From positions 21,102 to 85,101 of the IMG/VR virus record IMGVR_UViG_3300036859_000973: 64,000 nt of DNA; one strand, 5' to 3'. Made by a program: the position numbers and the translations under genes. The notes under the pieces are model-generated. The model worked only from the letters and a program-made list of their open reading frames with translations. It was not told the DNA's origin and searched no databases. Within the stretch, counting starts at the first letter, position 1. Each line of letters begins with the position of its first letter. This DNA comes from a virus. Of the stretch, positions 56,460 to 64,000 are shown piece by piece.

Positions 56460-57200
56460 CTAGGCCGCCTCGACGAGGCCCTCGCGCGGCCAGCCATTCC
56501 CCGGCGTGCGCCGCAGGACCGCGAGGAACGGGTGCGCCCTGGGCCCCAAAATAGCGAAGGGCGTCGCGATGTAGCGCGGCGAGTTCTCCGCGGCCCACGT
56601 CAGGTCGCTCGCATCATCCATCCAGTACGCGACCCACGCCTCGTGCGCCGGCGCATCACAGGAGAAGCGCAGGTGGTGGTAGCGGTACGTCTGCCCGTCC
56701 AGCCAGATCACCGGGAAGCCGCCGACCGGCCGCGCCTCACACCCCGTCACATAGCACGTCGGCAGCGCCATCGAGCCAGGACTCTCGCGCATCAGCAGGC
56801 GGGTCATCGCCGGCATGACGCGCAGGCCGAAGTCCTTCCCGAGTCGCTTCGCCTCGTCGGCCACGGCTTCGACGGCCGTGAGGCGGTTCCCGAAGCCAGC
56901 GCTCTTGCGCAGCCCCTCCTGCACCAGCGCGATCAGCTTCTCGTTCCCGTGCGCCGGCTCGACGGTCACCCCCTCGACGCGCGCCATCTTCTCCTTCAGG
57001 GACGCCACGTTGTCCGAAAGCCCCGCAACAACGCCCTTCAGCGCGTGGACCTCGTCCAGGGACGGAGCAGGAGGTGGCTCCCTCGCGCGCTCCAGCGCCC
57101 CGATGCGGCGCGCCGCCTCGTCGGCCTTGACGTAGTCGTTCAGCAGTTCGCGCAGCGCGCCGTAGGTCACGACGTCGTCGTGCCGGTGCTTGTCGCCCAT
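56460..57200 (-). CDS. Coiled-coil protein with C-terminal Cys/His motif
   Basis: GGAGG RBS; CYVTGC...CDAPAH. Confidence 0.7.
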   Translation of the reverse strand: MGDKHRHDDVVTYGALRELLNDYVKADEAARRIGALERAREPPPAPSLDEVHALKGVVAGLSDNVASLKEKMARVEGVTVEPAHGNEKLIALVQEGLRKSAGFGNRLTAVEAVADEAKRLGKDFGLRVMPAMTRLLMRESPGSMALPTCYVTGCEARPVGGFPVIWLDGQTYRYHHLRFSCDAPAHEAWVAYWMDDASDLTWAAENSPRYIATPFAILGPRAHPFLAVLRRTPGNGWPREGLVEAA

Positions 57201-57693
57201 GGTGTGATGCCCTCCTCGTCGATCCTCACGCGCGCCACCGCCGCCATCGCCAGCGCCAGCCCCGCGCGTCGAGCGACTGCAGCGCCTCGCCGGCCAGCAC
57301 ATCGCGCAGCCACGGGATCGCGCCCGCGCGACGATACACGCGAGCGATCCGGCGCTTCGCGGTGATGACCGTCTCCAGCGAGCGCGGATCTGGCCGCGGC
57401 GTCATCCCCAGAATCCCCCCCACCACATGATGACGGACACGATGAGTTGCGCCGCGAACGTGACCAGGGGCGAGCGCGCCCCGAGGACGCCGATGGCGAT
57501 GAGCGCCAGAACCGCGATCCTCGGATCGAGGTTCATGGCTGCGGCCTCCGTCGAGGGGGGCTTGGCGGGAGGCGCAGGTCGGGAGGGAAGTCCGGCGTCT
57601 CGCGCGTGCCGGCGCTCTTGTGTCGGATGCCGCTGAAATCTGGACCGGCCCTCGATCGGCCCTGGCGGAACACGCGCGCCCGGAAGGACCCGC

Positions 57694-58158
57694 TCATGGC
57701 GGCGCCGCCTCCTTCCCGCTGACGCAGAAGTGTCTCGCAGACAGCGCGCCGCGTGCCTCCGTCTTGACGTTGAGGTACAGACCACAGTCGATGCACGGCA
57801 CGATCATGATCCCATTGACAAGCTCTTTCGGAACTCCCTCGGCCTTCCGGGCCCGCTCGCCCATGATGCGCGCCTCGTCCATGGCCGCGTCGCGATCGCG
57901 CTCGGCCTTCTCCAGGGCCAGGGCCAGGCCCTCCTTCACGCCGTGGGCCGCGATCACACGGGCGCCGATCATCTCGGCGGCCCGCTCCGGGTCGTCGGGC
58001 AGTCCAGTGAAGATCGCCGCGAGCGGCTTGTGCCACCGGTCGCGCTCCTCGCGCTCCCCGTCGCGGATGGCCTGCGCAACCTGCGGAACGAGGAACTCAA
58101 ACGTTGTCGTTGTTAGTATGCCCTCGCCGGCAGCGACTACGGGTTGGGTGACAGTCAT
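57694..58158 (-). CDS. Hypothetical protein with zinc motif
   Basis: CIDCG...HFC. Confidence 0.6.
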   Translation of the reverse strand: MTVTQPVVAAGEGILTTTTFEFLVPQVAQAIRDGEREERDRWHKPLAAIFTGLPDDPERAAEMIGARVIAAHGVKEGLALALEKAERDRDAAMDEARIMGERARKAEGVPKELVNGIMIVPCIDCGLYLNVKTEARGALSARHFCVSGKEAAPP

Positions 58159-58399
58159 GGCGGCAAGGGCGCGCTCCTCGGGCTTCAAGACGACACCTCC
58201 TGGAAAGCGCAGGCGCGGCCTTTCACCGCGGTCGCGAAGCTCTCGTCGAAACCGCGTATGTAGTCTTCGTGCGCTCCAGCCAGCGTGGCGCGCGATGGCG
58301 CGGGGCGGCCGGCACGCAGTTCGGCCGCGCAGATCCCGATCGTGTAGGCGCACGCCAGGCAGATGCGCCGGCCATCGTCGAGCGTGGCGATGAGGGCCT

Positions 58400-58933
58400 T
58401 CATCGTCCAGCCCCCCACGCTGCGACCTTCTCGCGCAGGCGCGCCTCGGAGTCGCGCACGGACGCGATCTGTTCCTCGGCCTCCCCCGCGGTAGCCAGAT
58501 CGAAGTTCTCGGCGATCCCGCCGGCGTGGAACATCGAGAGCAGGTAGTGGGCCTCGCGCGCGACCATCTCGGCGCTCTCGATCCGCTCCGCGTCGGCTAG
58601 GATCTTCGCCGCCCCGCGTTCCAGCATAGCCGCCGCACCAAGCTCGGTGTCGGTACGGCAGTGCGTCGTGTGGCCACCACCGCAGCCTTGCTGGCACGCG
58701 CGGAGCTTGAGGGTCATATGCATCATCGCTTCCGGGAGCGGGCCCGCGACATCGGGCTTCGAGTCGGACTCGATAAACCGGAGGGATTTGCGCTCCAACA
58801 GTCTTGGAAGTGGCAGGGGTGGGATCGGCTGCGGCTGGATCGGTTGGGCCGACAACCCCCTCACCCAGACGACGGCGGCGACGACCGTGAGGAAGCTGCA
58901 CACGAACAGGACGAGGCTCCACCAGTCGATCAT
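58400..58933 (-). CDS. Hypothetical protein with N-terminal TM
   Basis: Hydrophobic N-terminus; ATGA coupling. Confidence 0.6.
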   Translation of the reverse strand: MIDWWSLVLFVCSFLTVVAAVVWVRGLSAQPIQPQPIPPLPLPRLLERKSLRFIESDSKPDVAGPLPEAMMHMTLKLRACQQGCGGGHTTHCRTDTELGAAAMLERGAAKILADAERIESAEMVAREAHYLLSMFHAGGIAENFDLATAGEAEEQIASVRDSEARLREKVAAWGAGR

Positions 58934-59133
58934 CGTGCCTTCTCCTTCAGGAGCCGTTGTCCGTCGCGCACGAGGATCGCGAGGTCGCGGCGCGAGAGGT
59001 AGAACTTGAACGTCTCTCCGTCTGCCCGATCACGCAACGTGAACGCGAACGGCTCTGCCGCGACGGGCGGAGAGTGCTTGCCCTCGTCCTTCTGCCGCCT
59101 CCTGATCTTGACTTCTGGAACGTAGCTGACCAT
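58930..59133 (-). CDS. Small hypothetical protein
   Basis: Coupled ORF. Confidence 0.55.
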   Translation of the reverse strand: MVSYVPEVKIRRRQKDEGKHSPPVAAEPFAFTLRDRADGETFKFYLSRRDLAILVRDGQRLLKEKAR

Positions 59134-59150
59134 CGGTTGTCACGACTCCC

Positions 59151-59453
59151 TCATACTGGTGGTGCTGTCGTGTTCTTTCCGGCACGGCATGGCGAGCCCT
59201 CGCGGTGGCCCAGCATCCGGTCCACGCGCCCCAGCAGGCACTTCGGCTCGGCGCCGCCAGGACAGATGGCCGCACCGCACGAGCAGAAGGTCTGGTCCCT
59301 GTTGTGCTCGAAGCACTCCTCTCCCTCGGTCGCCTCTTGTAGCAGCCGTTCCATGGCGACGTAGTAGGCGGCCCAGGATTCCGGCTCCTCGATCATGCGC
59401 TCCACGATCATCATCGCGCGTTGCCGGTCCTCGAAGCTCAGCTTCGCGCTCAT
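59151..59453 (-). CDS. Cys-rich hypothetical protein
   Basis: ATGA coupling; FCSCG, HREGSPC. Confidence 0.55.
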   Translation of the reverse strand: MSAKLSFEDRQRAMMIVERMIEEPESWAAYYVAMERLLQEATEGEECFEHNRDQTFCSCGAAICPGGAEPKCLLGRVDRMLGHREGSPCRAGKNTTAPPV

Positions 59454-59992
59454 GCCACCCCCTCCAGCGGCTCGATGAGCTTCCACGCCATCTTCACGCG
59501 CCGCCAGTGGGCGCGCGCCCTCCTCTCGCCCTTCGACTGCGTGCACGGCCACCCCTTCAGCGCGCCGCACGTCGGGCAAACGAACGACTTCTCGGACAGC
59601 AGCGACACGGTGCGGCTCAACATCCGCTGCGACCGGCCCAAGGCGGCGTTGTCCAACGCCCCGCGCTCGCGAATCATCTCAAGGTGCAACAGGGCGTGCT
59701 CCGCGATCCGCGCCACCTCGATCCCGTTGTAGCTGGCGACGGCGCCGTGGGCGACCTCGCGGACGTGGGCGAGCGTGTCGGCTCCCAGCGACGGCGCCCC
59801 CGACGAGCAGGTCCGGCGGTGCTCCTCCAGCCACTCCACCGGAACGGCTGACCACCGCAGCGGCTCGCCTTTCTGGCGCTGGACCTCGGCCAGGAGCACC
59901 TCGCGGCCCTCGGGCGTGATCCCCCCGGCCCCGTCGAGGAGGCCCCCCTCTACTAGTAGTACGGCGGCCTCCGCCTCGGACAGGCGCTTCAT
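59450..59992 (-). CDS. Hypothetical protein with phage zinc finger
   Basis: CPTCGALKGWPC...HWRR. Confidence 0.65.
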   Translation of the reverse strand: MKRLSEAEAAVLLVEGGLLDGAGGITPEGREVLLAEVQRQKGEPLRWSAVPVEWLEEHRRTCSSGAPSLGADTLAHVREVAHGAVASYNGIEVARIAEHALLHLEMIRERGALDNAALGRSQRMLSRTVSLLSEKSFVCPTCGALKGWPCTQSKGERRARAHWRRVKMAWKLIEPLEGVA

Positions 59993-60333
59993 GGTCGCCA
60001 CCCCTGGGCCGCCATCCACTTCTTGACCTGTTCAAGTCCCTCGGGGCTCCAGGCCAGCGGGGCCCCGCCCTCCTCGGACCGTTCCAGGCAGACCAGGACC
60101 GTCCCGCCCGCTGTACCGTAGTAGTAGCCGCCGCTCCACGGCACCATGCCGATGGCGCCCAGGATCGCCTCGGCCACGTCGCGCTGGCCGGCGCGGACAG
60201 CCTCCACGATGGGCGCGAGGCCGGGATCGGCCACGTCCGGCTTCCTCTCCATGATCTCCTCGAACCGCGCGAGCCCGAGCGCCTCCGCGCCCTTGGCGAA
60301 GGCGATCTTGGCGTGCTCCTCGGCGGTCTTCAT
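59989..60333 (-). CDS. Hypothetical protein
   Basis: GGAGG RBS; ATGA coupling. Confidence 0.6.
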   Translation of the reverse strand: MKTAEEHAKIAFAKGAEALGLARFEEIMERKPDVADPGLAPIVEAVRAGQRDVAEAILGAIGMVPWSGGYYYGTAGGTVLVCLERSEEGGAPLAWSPEGLEQVKKWMAAQGWRP

Positions 60334-60707
60334 CGCGGGGCCTCCTTCACTGGCGCGATGCGGAAGACGAAGTCGGCGAAATCGTACTCCACTGAGGTGA
60401 AGTGGATGAAGGTGTCGGCGAGGCCGTCGCGCCGCTTCACCAGGACCCACTCCAACGTGCATCGGTACACGCCGGGCTCTGTCGGCAGCCCTCGCGCCCC
60501 GGACAGCGTGTCGGGGTCCTCGCCGAACTCGTTCGCTAGGAACTCTTCGTTCGTGACGAGCTTGCAGACGGGCTCATCCTGTCCATACTTGGGTGACATG
60601 CACGCGGCCTCGTGGACGTGGCCCTTGTCGGCGAAGGACAGGACGCGCACGATCGTCGCCGTTCCGCGCGGATAGGTCGAAATTGCCAGGATTGCGTCGA
60701 GTTTCAT
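60330..60707 (-). CDS. Hypothetical protein
   Basis: LPTEPGVYRC motif; coupling. Confidence 0.6.
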   Translation of the reverse strand: MKLDAILAISTYPRGTATIVRVLSFADKGHVHEAACMSPKYGQDEPVCKLVTNEEFLANEFGEDPDTLSGARGLPTEPGVYRCTLEWVLVKRRDGLADTFIHFTSVEYDFADFVFRIAPVKEAPR

Positions 60708-61138
60708 GCCCGTTTCCCCTCGTTCATCGCCTTTTGGGCCTGGAGGCAGATCTTGTCGTGTTTCCCTTGATACATCGGATTGTCGATGCCCACTCCACAC
60801 CAGCAATCACCGCGGCGGAGCCCCCAGATGATGGTTCTCGCCTCGTCAAGCTCCTGCATCGCCTTGGCCAGCAGGTACGCGCCCTCCTCGGGCAGGTCGC
60901 TGATGAGGCGGATCTCGGGCTTGCCGCCCGGATTCAAGACCAGCAACGGCTTCGCGCGCAACCAGCGGATCTCGGCGACGAGATCGGGAACGTCTGGTGC
61001 TAGTTTCAACGCGGCATCGCGTGGATCATCTGGTGAATCCATCACCGCGTAGAATCCAAAATCCTCGGCATGGTCTTCGGCAGTTTTCCAGATGGCCACC
61101 CGCGCCTCGATCTCCTTCAGCCGCTCCTCGGTCAGCAC
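60704..61138 (-). CDS. Phage hypothetical protein
   Basis: LTEERLKEIEAR...DVPDLVAEI motif. Confidence 0.65.
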   Translation of the reverse strand: MLTEERLKEIEARVAIWKTAEDHAEDFGFYAVMDSPDDPRDAALKLAPDVPDLVAEIRWLRAKPLLVLNPGGKPEIRLISDLPEEGAYLLAKAMQELDEARTIIWGLRRGDCWCGVGIDNPMYQGKHDKICLQAQKAMNEGKRA

Positions 61139-61642
61139 CTACGCCACCTCGGCCTGGATCGCCTTCACCGCGGCCATCAGCCGCTCGTTCCACCGTTCGT
61201 AGGGCTTCCGCTCGAAGCGAAGGTCGTCGCCGCTCCACGTCCGCAGCGTCGTGACGTCTCCCTCGCAGCGGAAGATCGGTTCCTGTGACTCGAACCGGAC
61301 CTCGCCGCCGGTCTGGCGCGCGATGGCGGTGAGGCGTCTTGTCGCCTCGTCCTGCTCGTTGCCATCCCACACCTTCCGTGACGCCGTCATCGTCGGCTCG
61401 CCGCGCTCGTTGATGTGGTACACCCACAGCTTCGCCCACGGCATGATGATGCTCTGCTTGTCCTGGAGTTCGGCCCACAGCCCCTCGCGCGGCCCCTTCG
61501 CCCAGCCGAGCGCCGGACACCACGTCCACGGCGACTGCGGCTCGCGCAGGTCCAACGCTGCGCCCCACGCGGCCGCGATGAGCGTGGCCATTTCCCACGG
61601 CTCCAGGCCGGGCGGCACCTCTAGATAGATGTAGTTGCCCAC
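61139..61642 (-). CDS. Hypothetical protein
   Basis: Clean ORF abutting neighbours. Confidence 0.6.
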   Translation of the reverse strand: MGNYIYLEVPPGLEPWEMATLIAAAWGAALDLREPQSPWTWCPALGWAKGPREGLWAELQDKQSIIMPWAKLWVYHINERGEPTMTASRKVWDGNEQDEATRRLTAIARQTGGEVRFESQEPIFRCEGDVTTLRTWSGDDLRFERKPYERWNERLMAAVKAIQAEVA

Positions 61643-61645
61643 GGG

Positions 61646-62086
61646 TCACGCCCCCGTCGCGCCGGCCTGCTTCAGGAGGTCCATCTCGTCCGACCGCTCT
61701 GCGTGCTCCTTCTCCGCGAACACGCACAGTGTCTCCATGGCCTCGACGACCTCCCGCGTTGCCCCCTGGCTGGTGGCCAGCCGCGCGAGGGTTATCAAGC
61801 ACTCCGGGTCGCGGTGCATCGGCTTCTCGTGCTGCATCGGGAAGTCCTTCAGTGCCACCCCATCCGACAGCGCCTTGCCGACCATGGCGTAGATCGCCAT
61901 CATCATCAACTTCGAGGCTCCGCAGCAGTAGTCCAAGTCCACGCCGCCCGTCGTCCCGGCCTGGACGCGCACGCCGAAGAGCATCCGCTGGAACCAGTAG
62001 AAGGTCCCGTCGTCGGCCTCGCGAAGCTGGAACGTGAACTGGTCCCACGGGTCGCGAGACGGGACCTCGTGGAACGTGCGGGTCAT
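61646..62086 (-). CDS. Hypothetical protein
   Basis: GGAGGA RBS; ATGA coupling. Confidence 0.6.
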   Translation of the reverse strand: MTRTFHEVPSRDPWDQFTFQLREADDGTFYWFQRMLFGVRVQAGTTGGVDLDYCCGASKLMMMAIYAMVGKALSDGVALKDFPMQHEKPMHRDPECLITLARLATSQGATREVVEAMETLCVFAEKEHAERSDEMDLLKQAGATGA

Positions 62087-62288
62087 CGTTGTTCCTCCTG
62101 ATTGGCCCAACGCCACCGGTCCATTTGCAGATCCTCTGCGGTCCTCGCTCGCAGAGTTGGGCCGGGCTCCGTGTTCCCGCACCCGCCGCACCACCATTCC
62201 TGAGGGAGTTGTGGTGGATACGAGAGGAGCATCGTTCCTGTTCCACGCAGGATCATCAGCTTGCCGCAAGGGCAGGGTTTGGTCTCGG

Positions 62289-62552
62289 TCACGCCGTCGC
62301 CCCCAGGATCGTGTCGTACAACGCCACGTCGGCGACCACGCCGTCCTTCTCCGCGAGCCACACCACCGCAGCCCGCGCCGCCATCGCGTACTCTCGTGAC
62401 ACCGCCGAGAGCAGGCCGCGTTCCTGGCCCGGAACGTAGGCCCTCCAGATGGCGCGCCGCATCTCCGATGGCAGTGCCATCCAGTGCGCGTTACAAGCGA
62501 AGAGGCGCTGCGGAACCTCGACGCGGCAGCCGGTTGCATGGCAGTGGTGCAT
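62289..62552 (-). CDS. Cys/His hypothetical phage protein
   Basis: HHCHATGC...C..HW..LP..MRRAIW..Y.PGQ. Confidence 0.7.
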   Translation of the reverse strand: MHHCHATGCRVEVPQRLFACNAHWMALPSEMRRAIWRAYVPGQERGLLSAVSREYAMAARAAVVWLAEKDGVVADVALYDTILGATA

Positions 62553-62915
62553 CTAAGGGCCCTCCCCCGGCCACGCGAACTCCGTCAGCAGCAGCCGCCT
62601 TCGGAAGCCACCGATCTGCTCGCGCTTCTCGCGCGCGATCGCTGCAACGGCTGGTAGCGACGTGCGGCGCGCCTCGCAGGTCATCAGCACGACTTCGAGC
62701 ACATCGGCAAGCTCCACGATGGCCCCGCTCTCCAGGAACTCCTCGGCCTCCTCGACGAGCTTCCGTCGCAGCCACAGGTCGAACTCGGCGTCGTCAACCA
62801 CGATGCGCGTGACGCTGTGGCACCCGTCGCGGGCGTGAAGCTCCGGCACCTTGTCGCGGATCAGCTTCGGCACCTTGACCGGGTGCCGCGGTGGCATCTG
62901 CGTGTAGTCGTTCAC
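62553..62915 (-). CDS. MazG/HisE-like nucleoside triphosphate pyrophosphohydrolase
   Basis: KLIRDKVP, KLVEEAEEF, ELADVLEV, KR...GGF. Confidence 0.88.
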   Translation of the reverse strand: MNDYTQMPPRHPVKVPKLIRDKVPELHARDGCHSVTRIVVDDAEFDLWLRRKLVEEAEEFLESGAIVELADVLEVVLMTCEARRTSLPAVAAIAREKREQIGGFRRRLLLTEFAWPGEGP

Positions 62916-63728
62916 GGGAGCACCTCACACTTGACCCACGCACGGAGTTCGGCCCGCTCGCCCCTCGTCAGCGCCAGCCGCGCGACGATCTTCTCGCGCT
63001 TCATAGCTTCGTCTCGATCTCCTCGATGGTGTTATTGCTGCGCAGTTCCGCACTGGATGACCGCAGCCATTCGATGAGCCAGTCCTCGACGAGACGGTTC
63101 TCCTTGGCGGCCCATGCTTCGAGGGCCTCGTTGTCCGCCTCGGCATCGCCGGTCTCTGCGGGCCGCGGCGGCACGACGATGTCGTCGGTCCACACCACGA
63201 TCTCGGCGACGACCCGGTAGCGGGTCACAGTTTCTTCCCCCCGCGAATCCACGCCAGATGGCGCCCGGAGCCGAACGTGAACATCCAGACGGTCATGAGG
63301 CTCCACTGGATGCCGTCGCAGTCCTTGGCCATCTCGGCCATGTCTTCCCCGCTCATTCGTGTCAGCCGGATCGGTCCGATCCTCCGGTGTCGCCACGTCG
63401 CGCTGGGGGCTTTCAAGGACGCACGCCCCCGCGCCGTTCCTGGTCGCGGCGGCGATCCCACTCGGCCCGCTCGCGCGCGAACTCGCTCTCCGTGGCCTTC
63501 ACCGACTTGAGGATGGCTCGCACGCCGGCGATCATCATCGCGATCATCAGGAGGAACCCGGTGAGCACGCCGGCGGCGAAGACGGCGACGAGCGCGACCT
63601 CGTCGGTCATCGCACCGCCTCCTCGGCCGTGACGATCCACGTCATCGGCTTCGTCGTGGGATCGAAGACGAGACGCTGGACGCGCAGGCCGCGCGACTCG
63701 AAGAGCTTCACGATGTCCATTTCGAGGC

Positions 63729-63887
63729 TCATCGTTCCACCACCGTCACGATCATCACCCGCTTGCTCACGACCTCGACGTCGATCGGAGTCCCGCCGCG
63801 GAGGCCCATCTCGCGGACGACATCGGGGCCAAGGTAGATCCCCAGCTTGCCGCCGCCGACGTTCGTGACCTTGCGGCGCATCTTCAT
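63729..63887 (-). CDS. AbrB/MazE/SpoVT-like DNA-binding protein (52 aa, below ORF-track cutoff)
   Basis: Hand translation MKMRRKVTNVGGGKLGIYLGPDVVREMGLRGGTPIDVEVVSKRVMIVTVVER fits the swapped-hairpin pattern. Confidence 0.72.
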   Translation of the reverse strand: MKMRRKVTNVGGGKLGIYLGPDVVREMGLRGGTPIDVEVVSKRVMIVTVVER

Positions 63888-64000
63888 GCAGGGGGCGTAC
63901 TATGTACGTCGCTATCAACCCATCGTCGCCGTTTCGGATGGAGCGCGGCGGGCGGGCGATTCCGCCACCCTTATCGGCTCCGCACGTCCATGGAGTCGCG

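Larger units (their letters stand above)
1..64000. mobile_element. Segment of a tailed dsDNA virus (Caudoviricetes, contractile tail), probably archaeal host
   Basis: Ordered neck-sheath-tube-chaperone-TMP-baseplate-fibre genes, TerL, archaeal-type replication genes (PCNA, MCM-like, ERCC4, AEP-like), dense small ORFs, no cellular housekeeping operons. Confidence 0.93.

Noticed and set aside
33802-62915. DNA hypermodification system implied by UDG and MazG-like genes
   Set aside because: No methyltransferase, glycosyltransferase, thymidylate-synthase-like or deazaguanine genes recognised; both enzymes are common in phages
1-64000. Stop-codon reassignment
   Set aside because: Conserved genes are intact in the standard code and all three stops are used at coupled junctions

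Overview
The whole window looks like part of a tailed dsDNA virus genome with a contractile (myovirus-type) tail, most likely infecting an archaeon. The archaeal call rests on a PCNA clamp, an MCM-like helicase, an ERCC4/XPF nuclease, an AEP-like primase, TATA-box promoters and C2H2/CPxCG zinc-finger micro-proteins. From 1 to 23.7 kb (+ strand) are virion genes: accessory structural proteins, neck, sheath, tube, a frameshifted tail chaperone, a LAGLIDADG endonuclease, tape measure, baseplate, fibres and holin-like genes. From 23.7 to 41.2 kb (mostly - strand) is a replication/recombination/packaging module with two inteins, TerL and a perfect 38-bp inverted repeat beside the helicase. From 41 to 64 kb (- strand) are dozens of small, tightly coupled ORFs. 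The most notable unexplained structure is a dispersed family of about nine palindromic CTACATAC-N3-GTATGTAG sites (two half-site types), several directly behind TATA boxes, with a degenerate copy in front of an AbrB-like gene. It coincides with a compositionally distinct ~47.9-56.1 kb block built from repeated leader and junction motifs and bounded by a hairpin-rich, terminus-like intergenic region. No capsid, portal, DNA polymerase, integrase, tRNA or CRISPR array was recognised. All calls come from reading motifs by eye; no database searches were run.
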